This document shows, piece by piece, positions 10,382 through 19,877 of a DNA stretch of 63,537 nucleotides. This stretch comes from an uncultured Oscillospiraceae bacterium (GTDB lineage: Bacteria > Bacillota > Clostridia > Oscillospirales > CAG-382): the NCBI GenBank assembly GCA_964525815.1, contig CAZGJQ010000001.1:1-63537 (forward strand), read 5' to 3'. The notes under the pieces were generated by a model that was given only the letters and a program-made list of their open reading frames with translations, had not been told where the DNA came from and did no database searches. Position numbers and translations under genes: made by a program. Numbering within the stretch: the stretch's first letter is position 1; each line of letters begins with the position of its first letter.

Positions 10382-10394
10382 GGAGGATTTCACT

Positions 10395-10898
10395 ATGAAC
10401 AACGAACACTATCTCATTCACAAGGACGACTACATCAAGCACATCGACGAAAAGGTGATGCTGTATTCCTTTGTGAAACAGCTCACTCACCACATCGGTA
10501 AACTGAAAGCCACCCATGAAAACGAACCCATTATGAAAATGGCGGCAACCTACGCCATCGCCGCCGAAAAGCTGTTTGACAGTTGGGGCATTCCCAAATC
10601 CTACCTTGTTTTTGATGACGAGGATGCCCTTGCCGAACTGATGGAGAACGAGCTGATTGCTCCCGAAGATGCAGGCTATTATCCCATCGACGATGAGGAA
10701 GATGATAACTGCAACTTTGAGTGTCGCTGCGGTGACTGCTGCGGCTGTTGCGCCGAGGATGAAGCGGACGGCTTCGACGATGACGAGGATGGCGTAGAAA
10801 GCGTGGATGACTTTATCGAAATGCTGGGAGCCATGTCCGCTGTAATTCACAACATCTTCGGTGATAAGGTGTCCGTTCACATCGTCATTGAGGACTAA
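10395..10898 (+). CDS. Highly acidic hypothetical protein with a Cys cluster
   Basis: A 167-aa protein with SD AAGGAGG upstream. It has D/E-rich stretches and CNFECRCGDCCGCC. No family was recognised. Confidence 0.6.
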   Translation: MNNEHYLIHKDDYIKHIDEKVMLYSFVKQLTHHIGKLKATHENEPIMKMAATYAIAAEKLFDSWGIPKSYLVFDDEDALAELMENELIAPEDAGYYPIDDEEDDNCNFECRCGDCCGCCAEDEADGFDDDEDGVESVDDFIEMLGAMSAVIHNIFGDKVSVHIVIED

Positions 10899-10931
10899 CC
10901 CTGCTTACCCTGCGATGGGAGGTGATTGCCT

Positions 10932-12683
10932 ATGAGTAAGCGTTCGCCAAGGCTGCAGTTTACCGACGAAGAACGGGCATCCCCGGAGCTTGAAAAGGTC
11001 ATTCGGAAAGCCGATAAAGCGGCGGACAAGCTGGACAAAGCCGAGGCAAAAATCCCGAAGAAAACCGTCAAACGCAAAGAGCGTATTGTGGGCGAGGATG
11101 GCAAGGTCACGGTAAAACTGCACTTTGAGGAAGTGGAAAAGAAAGCACCCTCCAAGCTCTCCCATGCGGTAACTGCCACGCCGGTCAACACCGTGCTTGG
11201 AACAGCGCACCGCAAAATCCGGGAGACCGAGGAGGATAATGTGGGCGTGGATGGTGCTCACAAACTGGAAGAAGTTGCCGAGGGCGGTGTGCGGACACTT
11301 GAATCCGCACACCGTTCCCATAAGCTCAAGCCTTACCGTGCGGCAGCTCATGCCGAGGTAAAAGCAGACAAAGCCAATATCCGTGCGCTGAATAAGCAGG
11401 CTCAGCAGCAGAACCCACAGTTTTCCAGCAACCCCTATTCCAGATGGCAGCAGAAGCGAGCCATTAAAAAGGAATTTATGGCGGCAAAGGCTGGCAAAGG
11501 TGCAAAGAATACGGCGCAGACAGCGCAAACCACGGCAAAGACCGCAAAGAAAGCCACAGAAGGAACAAAGAAAACAGCAGCGTTTTTCAAAGGGCATTGG
11601 AAAGGAGCCTTGATAGTCGTGGGTCTCTTTCTAATCGTGGCGTTCTTACTCGGTGTCGTTTCTTCTTGTTCGGTCATTGTACAAAGCGGTGTATCCGGTT
11701 TTAGTGCTTCCACCTACGCTGCCCAGGATGCCGATATGCAGGCTGCGGAGGCTCAGTATTGTGCCCTTGAAGCAGAGCTGCAGGAGTACCTGGACAACTA
11801 CGAAAGCACCCATGACTACGATGAATACCACTACGATTTGGATGAAATCGAACACGACCCCTATGTGCTGATTTCTGCTATCTCAGCCCTGCACGGCGGT
11901 GAATGGACGATTGATGAGGTCGGCGGTACCATCCAAATGCTGTTCGACAAGCAGTATATTCTAACGGAAACGGTCACAACCGAAACGAGGTATCGGACGG
12001 AAACCAGAACCGGAACCACCACCTATACAGACCCCGACACAGGAGAAACCGTTACCGAGGAATATGAGTACGAGGTTGAAGTCCCTTACACCTACTACAT
12101 CTGCACAGTGGAGCTTGAAAACTTTAACCTCTCTCATGTGCCGGTGTATATCATGAGCCAAGACCAACTCTCCATGTACGCCACCTATATGAGTTCCCTT
12201 GGGAATCGTCCCGACCTGTTCCCGGATTCGTCGTATGTGAACCGCTATTACAGCACCGAGTATGAGAATTATGAAATCCCGGCGGATGCTCTGTCTGACC
12301 CACAGTTCGCCGCTATGATGGAGGAAGCAGAGAAATACCTGGGCTATCCCTATGTATGGGGCGGTTCCTCACCTTTGACTTCCTTTGACTGCTCCGGTTT
12401 TGTCTCCTGGGTGGTCAACAACTGCGGTGTGGGCTGGAATATCGGCAGACTTGGTGCTTCGGGTCTGCTGGGTATCTGTACGAGAGTTTCTTCATCCAAT
12501 GTTCGCCCCGGTGACCTGGTATTCTTTGAGGGCACCTACGATACCACGGGAGCTTCCCATGTGGGTATCTATGTGGGCAATAACCGGATGATTCACTGTG
12601 GCGACCCTATCCAGTATGCTGACCTTTCCTCAAGCTACTGGCAACAGCACTTTTTAGCCTATGGGCGTTTACCAAGTCCGTAA
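10932..12683 (+). CDS. Membrane-anchored NlpC/P60 (C40) peptidoglycan hydrolase of the T4SS
   Basis: ATG 10932 lies 10 nt after GGAGG (10917-10921). There is a central TM segment and a C-terminal NlpC/P60 domain (YVWGGSSPLTSFDCSGFVSWV...HVGIYVGNNRMIH). Confidence 0.85.
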   Translation: MSKRSPRLQFTDEERASPELEKVIRKADKAADKLDKAEAKIPKKTVKRKERIVGEDGKVTVKLHFEEVEKKAPSKLSHAVTATPVNTVLGTAHRKIRETEEDNVGVDGAHKLEEVAEGGVRTLESAHRSHKLKPYRAAAHAEVKADKANIRALNKQAQQQNPQFSSNPYSRWQQKRAIKKEFMAAKAGKGAKNTAQTAQTTAKTAKKATEGTKKTAAFFKGHWKGALIVVGLFLIVAFLLGVVSSCSVIVQSGVSGFSASTYAAQDADMQAAEAQYCALEAELQEYLDNYESTHDYDEYHYDLDEIEHDPYVLISAISALHGGEWTIDEVGGTIQMLFDKQYILTETVTTETRYRTETRTGTTTYTDPDTGETVTEEYEYEVEVPYTYYICTVELENFNLSHVPVYIMSQDQLSMYATYMSSLGNRPDLFPDSSYVNRYYSTEYENYEIPADALSDPQFAAMMEEAEKYLGYPYVWGGSSPLTSFDCSGFVSWVVNNCGVGWNIGRLGASGLLGICTRVSSSNVRPGDLVFFEGTYDTTGASHVGIYVGNNRMIHCGDPIQYADLSSSYWQQHFLAYGRLPSP

Positions 12684-12694
12684 AGGAGGATGTT

Positions 12695-12952
12695 ATGAAC
12701 CCGAAAGTCGTGAAACTCCGTGAGGAGCGAGAAAAGAATGTGGCGAAGATTGCTTCACTGCAGGAAAGAAACAAGAAGATTGATGTGGACATTATCCGCA
12801 TCGAGAACACGGACATCATCGGAATGGTGCGGGAGTACGGTCTGTCGCCCGACGCTCTCTTTGAGCTGATTACGGCAGCAAAGAAGAACCCCATCCCGTC
12901 TGTGTCCATTCCCGAAACTATGGAAACGGAGGAAATGAACAGTCATGAATAA
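12695..12952 (+). CDS. DUF4315 family protein
   Basis: An 85-aa coiled-coil protein with KLREEREKN...ENTDIIGMVREYGLSP, as in DUF4315. It has a strong SD. Confidence 0.7.
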   Translation: MNPKVVKLREEREKNVAKIASLQERNKKIDVDIIRIENTDIIGMVREYGLSPDALFELITAAKKNPIPSVSIPETMETEEMNSHE

Positions 12953-14081
12953 ATTCAGAAAAATTTTTGCTCTTATGCTCGCTGTGCTTTGCATGGCGAG
13001 CTTTTCTATTACAGCATTTGCTTCGGGCGGCGACGAAGCACCGACCACGGGCGTAGAAGCCACCGAACCCACGGAAACCGCCGAGCCGACCGAAGGTGCA
13101 GAGGAAGTTCCTTATTCCTATGTCATCAATGAGGATGGCAGCGTGGTAATCACCTTGAACGATGCTGTCACCGAGGAAATCAAGACCACCGGAAAAGTCG
13201 TGACAAACGGCGGTCGTCTAAATCTGCGGACCGGAGCCGGTATGAGCTATGAGATTATCGACCAGCTCCGCTGCGGCGAGGAAGTCACCGTTATCGGCTC
13301 CGAGGGCGATTGGTATGAGGTCATCGTTCCCGAAAAGAAAGGATTTGTTCACAGCGACTATCTGGAGCTTATGCAAGAAGCCGAGCAGAACAGCAATATT
13401 GACTCTGCCTTGCTTTCCATGATTATGCAGTTCATGTCGAACGGTGTCGGCGGCGCTGATGGAGAAAGCGGAGAAGCCTTTACGCCAAGTGGCAATTTGA
13501 GCCTTATTGATGACTTTTTCCAGGTTGAAGCGGAAGCTACCGAAAACAGCCCTCAGCGAGATAAGCAGTTCATCACGTTGGAATCGAAGAACGGAAACAT
13601 CTTCTACCTTGTTATCGACCGCAACGGCGACCAGGAGAATGTGTACTTCATGAATCTGGTGGACGAAGCAGACCTTATGACTTTGATTGAGGCAAACAAA
13701 GACGGTACACAGGCTCCGGTTTGCTCCTGTACTGATAAATGCGCCGTTGGTGCTATCAAGACCGACTGCGAGATTTGCCGCACCAATATGAGTGAGTGTG
13801 TCGGCAGAGAGCCGGTGGTTGAAACCGAACCCACTGAGCCGACCGAAGAACCTGCCGAGGAAAAGCCTGCCGCCAATCCCATGCCCGTTATCATTCTTCT
13901 GATTGCCGGTGCAGGCGGCGGTGCGTTCTACTGGTTCAAAATCCGCAAGCCGAAGGACAAGACCACAGGAAACAACGACCTTGACGATTACGACTTCGGA
14001 CAGGATGACGAGGACTACGACGAGGAGACCGAAATTGACGATGCTGATTTGATGGCGGAAAGCGAGGAAAACAAAGGATAA
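12945..14081 (+). CDS. Secreted and anchored SH3 plus DUF4366 domain protein
   Basis: It has a signal peptide (MNKFRKIFALMLAVLCMASFSITAFA), an SH3b-like segment (RLNLRTGAGMSYEIIDQL...GDWYEV), a DUF4366-like core (FITLESKNGNIFYLVIDR), a C-terminal TM segment and an acidic tail. Confidence 0.75.
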   Translation: MNKFRKIFALMLAVLCMASFSITAFASGGDEAPTTGVEATEPTETAEPTEGAEEVPYSYVINEDGSVVITLNDAVTEEIKTTGKVVTNGGRLNLRTGAGMSYEIIDQLRCGEEVTVIGSEGDWYEVIVPEKKGFVHSDYLELMQEAEQNSNIDSALLSMIMQFMSNGVGGADGESGEAFTPSGNLSLIDDFFQVEAEATENSPQRDKQFITLESKNGNIFYLVIDRNGDQENVYFMNLVDEADLMTLIEANKDGTQAPVCSCTDKCAVGAIKTDCEICRTNMSECVGREPVVETEPTEPTEEPAEEKPAANPMPVIILLIAGAGGGAFYWFKIRKPKDKTTGNNDLDDYDFGQDDEDYDEETEIDDADLMAESEENKG

Positions 14082-14239
14082 TGCGTTTCTTTGACAGTTG
14101 TGTGGAGCGAGTGATGTTGGCAGATGTCGCAGAGGACATCGCCAATGACCTCGCTTTTGAAAGATATTTGAAGAAGCTCCATGAAAACAAGGAGCGTCAG
14201 AAAGCCTATCAAGCGAAAAAAGGAGAAAGACAAACATGA
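14081..14239 (+). CDS. Small translationally coupled ORF (52 aa), hypothetical
   Basis: Below the ORF-track cutoff. Its ATG overlaps the upstream stop (TAATG at 14079-14083) and its TGA overlaps the topB ATG (ATGA at 14236-14239). It translates as MRFFDSCVERVMLADVAEDIANDLAFERYLKKLHENKERQKAYQAKKGERQT. Confidence 0.4.
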   Translation: MRFFDSCVERVMLADVAEDIANDLAFERYLKKLHENKERQKAYQAKKGERQT

Positions 14240-16281
14240 CAAAAAGATTGGTAATTGCTGAAAAGCCCTCTGTGGGTATGTCCATCGCTGCCGTCCTCGG
14301 TGTAAAAGACCGCAAGGACGGCTACATGGAGGGTCGTGACTATATCGTATCCTGGGGGTTCGGACACCTCTGCGAGCTTGCCAACGCAGACAGCTACGAT
14401 GTGAAGTATGCCAAATGGAGCTATAACGACCTGCCCATCGTGCCTGCCAACTGGAAGTACAAAATCCCCCGTGACAAGTACAGCCAGTTCGCTACCTTGA
14501 AGCATCTGATGAATCGACCCGACGTGTCCAATGTCATCAACGCCTGTGATGCAGGGCGTGAGGGCGAGCTTATCTTCCGCAACATCTATCAGATGACCGG
14601 ATGCAAAAAGCCTATCTATCGCCTTTGGATTTCCTCTATGGAAGATGCCGCTATCGCCCAAGGCTTCCGTGAGCTGAAGGACGGCAAGGAGTACGACAAC
14701 CTCTTTGCCGCCGCCCGTTGCCGTGAGTGGGCTGACTGGCTCGTCGGTATCAACGCAACACGTCTTTTCTCCGTGTTGTATCACCGCACTTTGAATGTCG
14801 GTCGTGTGGTTTCTCCGACCCTCGCTCTGCTCGTTCAGCGTGAAGCGGATATTGGAGCGTTCAAGCCCGAACCCTTCTACACGGCAGAGCTTGACTTTGG
14901 TTCTTTTACAGCCGCAAGCGAGAAGTTCAAGAAGAAGTCCGATGCGGAGGCGGTCGTTCCTAAAGCCAATGAGCCTGTTGTGGTGGAGTCCGTCACAAGC
15001 AAGGAAAAGAGCGAGAAAGCTCCGGCACTCTATGATTTGACCACGCTCCAGAGAGAAGCGAACCGTCAGTTCGGCTACACCGCACAGCAGACCCTCGATT
15101 ACGTTCAGAGCCTTTATGAAAAGAAGCTCTGCACCTATCCCCGTACCGACAGTCGTTATCTCACCGATGATATGGCAAACGGCGTAAATGCCGTGGTCGA
15201 TTGCTCGGTTGGTATCTGCGGAGTGTCTGCACCTGCTGTAGTTCTGCGTGAGCAGATCTGCAACAGCAAAAAGGTGTCAGACCACCACGCTATTATCCCT
15301 ACAACGGTTGCCGCCAAGACCGATTTGAACATTCTGCCTGCAGGAGAGCGTGAAATTCTCACGATGATTGCAAAGCAGGTACTCCGTGCCGTCAGCGAGA
15401 GCTATCGTTATTGTGAAACGGTCGCTGTTATTACCTGTAACGGCAACACCTACACCACCAAGGGCAAGACCGTTTTGGAGACCGGATGGAAAGCCTACAA
15501 TGACAAGGAGCAGACCGATAAGATTCTGCCCGAACTTGCCGATGGTGACAAGCTGCAGGTCGCAAGCTCCGAAATCAAGGAAGGTATGACCAAGCCCCCG
15601 GCACACTTTACCGAGGATTCTCTACTGTCTGCTATGGAAGTGGCAGGAGCAAAGGAAATGCCCGATGATGCCGAGCGTAAGGGCTTGGGTACACCTGCAA
15701 CGAGAGCCGGTATCATCGAAAAGCTGATTGCTACGGGATTTGTGGAGCGTAAGAAAGCGAAAAAGACCGTTAGCCTTATTCCTGCACAGACGGGTATCTC
15801 TCTGATTACTGTTCTCCCCGAACAGCTTCAGTCCCCCTTGCTCACCGCAGAATGGGAGCACAAGCTGAAAATGGTGGAAAACGGCGAAATGGATGCCGAT
15901 ACCTTTATGGCAGAAATCTCCCTTATGGTCAGCGAGCTTATCAAAACCTACTCTGTCATTAAGGGTGCGGAGGTTCTGTTTCCCTCCGGTCGTGATGTAA
16001 TTGGCAAGTGCCCTCGCTGCGGTGGTGACGTTACCGAAAGTAAAAAGGGCTTTTTCTGCGAGACCAACGATTGCCGCTTCGGTCTGTGGCGTGACAACAA
16101 GTTCCTTACAAGCAAGAAAATCTCCCTGTCCAAGAAAATGGCGGCGACCTTGCTGAAAAACGGTCGTATCCCTGTTAAGGGTATCTTCTCCGAGAAAACC
16201 GGAAAGTCTTACGATGCAACCCTCGTAATGACCGACGACGGAGCAAAGACACTTTACAGTTTGGATTTCGGCAAGGAATAA
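14236..16281 (+). CDS. topB: DNA topoisomerase III
   Basis: TOPRIM N-terminus (RLVIAEKPSVGMSIAAVLG...SWGFGHL), a type IA topoisomerase core (YPRTDSRYL) and a C-terminal Zn-ribbon (CPRCGGDV...FFCE). Confidence 0.9.
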   Translation: MTKRLVIAEKPSVGMSIAAVLGVKDRKDGYMEGRDYIVSWGFGHLCELANADSYDVKYAKWSYNDLPIVPANWKYKIPRDKYSQFATLKHLMNRPDVSNVINACDAGREGELIFRNIYQMTGCKKPIYRLWISSMEDAAIAQGFRELKDGKEYDNLFAAARCREWADWLVGINATRLFSVLYHRTLNVGRVVSPTLALLVQREADIGAFKPEPFYTAELDFGSFTAASEKFKKKSDAEAVVPKANEPVVVESVTSKEKSEKAPALYDLTTLQREANRQFGYTAQQTLDYVQSLYEKKLCTYPRTDSRYLTDDMANGVNAVVDCSVGICGVSAPAVVLREQICNSKKVSDHHAIIPTTVAAKTDLNILPAGEREILTMIAKQVLRAVSESYRYCETVAVITCNGNTYTTKGKTVLETGWKAYNDKEQTDKILPELADGDKLQVASSEIKEGMTKPPAHFTEDSLLSAMEVAGAKEMPDDAERKGLGTPATRAGIIEKLIATGFVERKKAKKTVSLIPAQTGISLITVLPEQLQSPLLTAEWEHKLKMVENGEMDADTFMAEISLMVSELIKTYSVIKGAEVLFPSGRDVIGKCPRCGGDVTESKKGFFCETNDCRFGLWRDNKFLTSKKISLSKKMAATLLKNGRIPVKGIFSEKTGKSYDATLVMTDDGAKTLYSLDFGKE

Positions 16282-16287
16282 CGACAA

Positions 16288-16322
16288 TGCCGACCTGTGG
16301 GACTATTCCTTACGGGTCGGCA
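16288..16322 (+). terminator. Hairpin after topB
   Basis: TGCCGACC (16288-16295) pairs with GGTCGGCA (16315-16322). The T-run is weak. Confidence 0.4.
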
Positions 16323-16375
16323 AATTACATAGTCTTATACAATTTACATCTAATCTGTAGAAAGAATCAGAAAAA

Positions 16376-16387
16376 TGTGCTATAATA
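16376..16387 (+). promoter_or_regulatory. Extended -10 promoter element (TGCTATAAT)
   Basis: TGTGCTATAAT lies in an AT-rich intergenic region upstream of the GNAT leader. Confidence 0.4.
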
Positions 16388-16437
16388 ATTAAAGTCGATT
16401 GCAATTCGGCTTCAAATTAAATTTATTAAAGAGGTAA

Positions 16438-16530
16438 ATGCTGTTTGAAGAACAACAAGCCAATGGATATTGTAGCGTAAGCGGAGGCTTCGCAAATACT
16501 ACAATACCGCAAAGTCTCCGCCTTTTCTGA
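16438..16530 (+). CDS. Candidate 30-aa leader peptide overlapping a terminator hairpin
   Basis: AAAGAGG at 16429-16435 precedes ATG 16438. The ORF (MLFEEQQANGYCSVSGGFANTTIPQSLRLF) runs through the hairpin GCGGAGGCTT (16481-16490)/AAGTCTCCGC (16512-21) and stops in its T-run. Confidence 0.3.
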   Translation: MLFEEQQANGYCSVSGGFANTTIPQSLRLF

Positions 16531-16556
16531 TTTATTTTCAAAGGAGCAAAAATAAG

Positions 16557-17180
16557 ATGAAAACAAATTACAATATTCGTTTAGAAACAGAAAAAGACTA
16601 TAAGGAAGTTGAAAACCTTGTTCGAGAAGCGTTCTGGAATGTGTATCGTCCCGGATGTATGGAGCATTATCTTATTCACGAATTAAGGAAAAATCCCGAT
16701 TTCATCCGTGAACTTTATTTTGTGATGGAGCTTGACGGCAAAATCATCGGTCAAAACGCTTTTACCAAAGCAGAAATTATAACCGATGATGATGCTCACA
16801 TACCTGTTCTTACAATGGGACCAATCTGCGTCGCAAATGAGCTTAAACGGCAGGGATATGGAAAGGCTTTACTTGACTATTCTCTTGCAAAAGCTACCGA
16901 GCTTGGATATGGTGCAGTATGCTTTGAGGGTAATATTGATTTTTACAGCAAAAGTGGCTTTATTCTTGCAAGCAAAAAGAAAATTCACTACGAGGGTGAG
17001 CCGAGGGATGCTGTTGTGCCGTACTTCCTCTTAAAAGAACTGAAACAAGGTTATCTTGACGGTGTGGAAGGTGTATTTTATCAACCAATGGGACAGTACG
17101 CCGATGAAGCAGCCGCAGAGGAATTTGACAAACAGTTTCCCGAAAAGGAAAAACTGAAACTTCCCGGTCAGCTAATTTAA
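16557..17180 (+). CDS. GNAT family N-acetyltransferase (cargo)
   Basis: Acetyl-CoA binding motif (ELKRQGYGKALLDYSL), a 207-aa length and an AT-rich flanking context. Confidence 0.8.
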   Translation: MKTNYNIRLETEKDYKEVENLVREAFWNVYRPGCMEHYLIHELRKNPDFIRELYFVMELDGKIIGQNAFTKAEIITDDDAHIPVLTMGPICVANELKRQGYGKALLDYSLAKATELGYGAVCFEGNIDFYSKSGFILASKKKIHYEGEPRDAVVPYFLLKELKQGYLDGVEGVFYQPMGQYADEAAAEEFDKQFPEKEKLKLPGQLI

Positions 17181-17193
17181 TAAACGGATAAAT

Positions 17194-17231
17194 GAAGCCA
17201 ATCGCAAGGAGCAATCCAAGCGATTGGCTTC
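17194..17231 (+). terminator. 12-bp hairpin terminator after the GNAT gene
   Basis: GAAGCCAATCGC (17194-17205) pairs with GCGATTGGCTTC (17220-17231), followed by TTAT. Confidence 0.5.
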
Positions 17232-17309
17232 TTATATCCTACCAGAGCATTACATAGCAGTCTTAGACTTCGGTTTAAGGCTGCTAATTTTTTTGAAAGG
17301 AGTTAGTCT

Positions 17310-19622
17310 ATGGCTGAGAATGAAAAGCAGACCAACAAGGAAAGACTGAAAGACATTACCGACAGCATAGAAAGAGGTATCGAAGAACTCTTTCAATCCG
17401 ACAAGTACGCTGAATATCTCCGCACGATGAGCCGTTTTCACAAGTACAGCGTGAACAACACAATGCTCATCTATATGCAGAGGCCCGACGCCACTTTGGT
17501 GGCAGGCTTCAACAAGTGGAGAGACCAATTCGAGCGTAACGTGATGAAGGGCGAAAAAGGCATTAAAATCATCGCCCCCACGCCCTACAAAAAGAAGATT
17601 GAGCAAGAAAAGCGTGACCCCGACACCAACCTGCCTATGCTGGATGCGGACGGCAAGGTTATTGTCGAGGAAAAGGAAATCAAAATCCCGATGTTCAAGC
17701 CCGTAACGGTGTTTGATGTGTCGCAGACAGACGGAAAACCCCTGCCGCAGCTCGCCTCTGACCTCCAGGGCAATGTGCAGAACTACGAGGTCTTTATGGA
17801 AGCCTTGCGGCGTTCCTCTCCCGTACCGATTGACTTCAAGCCGATTGCGGATAACGCAGACGGCTATTTTTCCCTGGATAATCAGCGAATTACCATCCGT
17901 GAGGGTATGAGCGAAGTGCAAACGGTCTCTGCCGTCGTCCACGAAATCGCACACTCCAAGCTCCACAATCAGAAGAAAATCGAAGAACCGAAAGATGCCG
18001 AAAAGTATCAAGAGGTCGAGATTTTCGATGTACCCGGTCTGTTCTCCAACGGTCGCATTGACCCTGCCACCATTCCCGAAGGAATGTATGTCTATGACCT
18101 GCGTGGCTCTGACGATGACCCAGGACAGCCTATCACGGTGGAAAACCACGTTACTGTCAATCATGCCGGTTCGGTTATTACAGCCAAGCCCCTTGACCTT
18201 GGCGAAAATGGACGGCTGACCTTTACTGAGGAGGAAGGTCTGAACTTTGTCGGCGGTGAGATTTCCGCTTACCGTTTCTTAAATGAACAGAGAAAAGACC
18301 GCAACACCGAGGAGGTCGAAGCCGAAAGCATTTCTTTTGCCGTTTGTGCCTATTATGGTATTGCTACAGGTGAAAACAGCTTCGGCTATATCGCCACCTG
18401 GTCGAAGGACAAGGAACTGAAAGAGCTTCGTGCGAGCCTTGAGACCATCAACAAAACATCCTCCGAGCTGATTACCGACATCGACCGTCACTACGCCGAT
18501 ATTATGAAAGAGCGTGAGGCTGAAATGGCGATTGAAACCGAAGAAAAGCCTTTGGCAGAAATGAACATTCTGGAAATGGTAGACCATTTCATGGAGCAAG
18601 GAATGACCGAGGAACAGGCAAACGACCTTGCTCACGCAGAATGGCAGGCAAGAAAAATCAACGCCGAACCTGCGATGACGGAAGCGGTTGATGAAAGCAC
18701 GGCTTCCGGCGAGAGTACAGCGGCAATCGACCCGCCTATTGAGGAGGAACCTCCTACCCAAGCTCCCGATAACGGATATATGCCCGACCCGTCTATGTCT
18801 ATCGAGGCGATGAACGCTTACGGCTATATGGATTCGGATATGCTTCCTCTTTCCAAGGAACGAGCATTGGAGCTGTTTGAGCGTGATGTTCCCATTTATA
18901 TGCTCTACGAGGGCAACACCGAAGCGATGGCGTTCGACACCGAGGACATTGTTCTGTTCTCCGGTTGCTTTGGTATCACCCGTGAGGATTGGGATGCCAT
19001 CAAAAACGAAGTGCCCCCTATGGATGCCGATATTATCCGCCAGAAGCGTGAGCAGGCGTTCCTTGAAAGTCCCGGTGACACCTACGCTATCTATCAGTTG
19101 AAGCGTGACGATGCCACCACGGATATTCGCTTTATGAACTCCGACTATCTGAAATCCAAGGGCATTGAACCGCAGTACGAAAATTATGAGCTTATCTATA
19201 CCGGAGCACTCACCAAGGACGGCAGCCAGATGGATAAGTTAGAGGATTTGTACCGTGTTTTCAACATCGAGCACCCCCAGGACTTCACAGGACACAGCCT
19301 TTCTATCAGCGACATCGTGGCGTTAAAGCAGGCAGGTGTGGTATCCTATCACTACGTTGACAGCGTTGGATATAAGGAGCTGCACAACTTCCACAATACC
19401 GACAATTATCTGAAAAACGCAGAAATGCAGTTGGAAGATGACTACGGTATGATTGATGGTGTTATCAATAACGCACCGAAAGAGCCGGTCAAAGCTCCTG
19501 TTCCCAAGAAGGAAGAAACCAAATCAAAGAAACCGTCCGTTCTCGCAAAGCTCCGTCAGTACCAAACCGAGGACAGACAGCAAACTACACAGCACAGAAG
19601 TGCGGAAAGGGATTTAATATGA
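17310..19622 (+). CDS. ArdC-like ssDNA-binding/metalloprotease protein with YodL-like and DUF4316-like C-terminal regions
   Basis: ArdC-N/DUF1738-like segment (YSVNNTMLIYMQRPDATLVAGFNKWRDQFERNVMKGEKGIKI), an HExxH motif (VHEIAHSKLH), a YodL-like segment (YAIYQLKRDD...GHSLSISDIV) and NAEMQLEDDYGMIDGVINN. Confidence 0.75.
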   Translation: MAENEKQTNKERLKDITDSIERGIEELFQSDKYAEYLRTMSRFHKYSVNNTMLIYMQRPDATLVAGFNKWRDQFERNVMKGEKGIKIIAPTPYKKKIEQEKRDPDTNLPMLDADGKVIVEEKEIKIPMFKPVTVFDVSQTDGKPLPQLASDLQGNVQNYEVFMEALRRSSPVPIDFKPIADNADGYFSLDNQRITIREGMSEVQTVSAVVHEIAHSKLHNQKKIEEPKDAEKYQEVEIFDVPGLFSNGRIDPATIPEGMYVYDLRGSDDDPGQPITVENHVTVNHAGSVITAKPLDLGENGRLTFTEEEGLNFVGGEISAYRFLNEQRKDRNTEEVEAESISFAVCAYYGIATGENSFGYIATWSKDKELKELRASLETINKTSSELITDIDRHYADIMKEREAEMAIETEEKPLAEMNILEMVDHFMEQGMTEEQANDLAHAEWQARKINAEPAMTEAVDESTASGESTAAIDPPIEEEPPTQAPDNGYMPDPSMSIEAMNAYGYMDSDMLPLSKERALELFERDVPIYMLYEGNTEAMAFDTEDIVLFSGCFGITREDWDAIKNEVPPMDADIIRQKREQAFLESPGDTYAIYQLKRDDATTDIRFMNSDYLKSKGIEPQYENYELIYTGALTKDGSQMDKLEDLYRVFNIEHPQDFTGHSLSISDIVALKQAGVVSYHYVDSVGYKELHNFHNTDNYLKNAEMQLEDDYGMIDGVINNAPKEPVKAPVPKKEETKSKKPSVLAKLRQYQTEDRQQTTQHRSAERDLI

Positions 19623-19837
19623 ACTTCTCAAACGATGAAATGAACCTTATGTGTATCTATGATACCGGCGACAGAATGGGTACGCTGAAAGCTCTGCGTG
19701 ATATGAGAACAGAGCTTGACCGGGAGGAAATCGAGCTTCGTGCTATGACCGACTCTGCCATCGCTAAACTGGAAGCCATGACCGACGATGACTACGGCAA
19801 GCTGGAGTTGTACCCCGATTTCGACGATGAAGAATAA
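19619..19837 (+). CDS. Transposon-transfer assisting family protein
   Basis: A 72-aa protein with MNFSNDEMNLMCIYDTGDRMGTLKALRDM..., typical of this small family. It has an ATGA overlap with the upstream gene. Confidence 0.7.
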   Translation: MNFSNDEMNLMCIYDTGDRMGTLKALRDMRTELDREEIELRAMTDSAIAKLEAMTDDDYGKLELYPDFDDEE

Positions 19838-19846
19838 AATCAAGCG

Positions 19847-19871
19847 AGCCGCCCGAACTGTTCGGGCGGCT
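19847..19871. terminator. Bidirectional hairpin between convergent genes
   Basis: AGCCGCCCGA/TCGGGCGGCT inverted repeat located between the + gene end (19837) and the - gene end (19878). Confidence 0.55.
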
Positions 19872-19877
19872 ATGACT

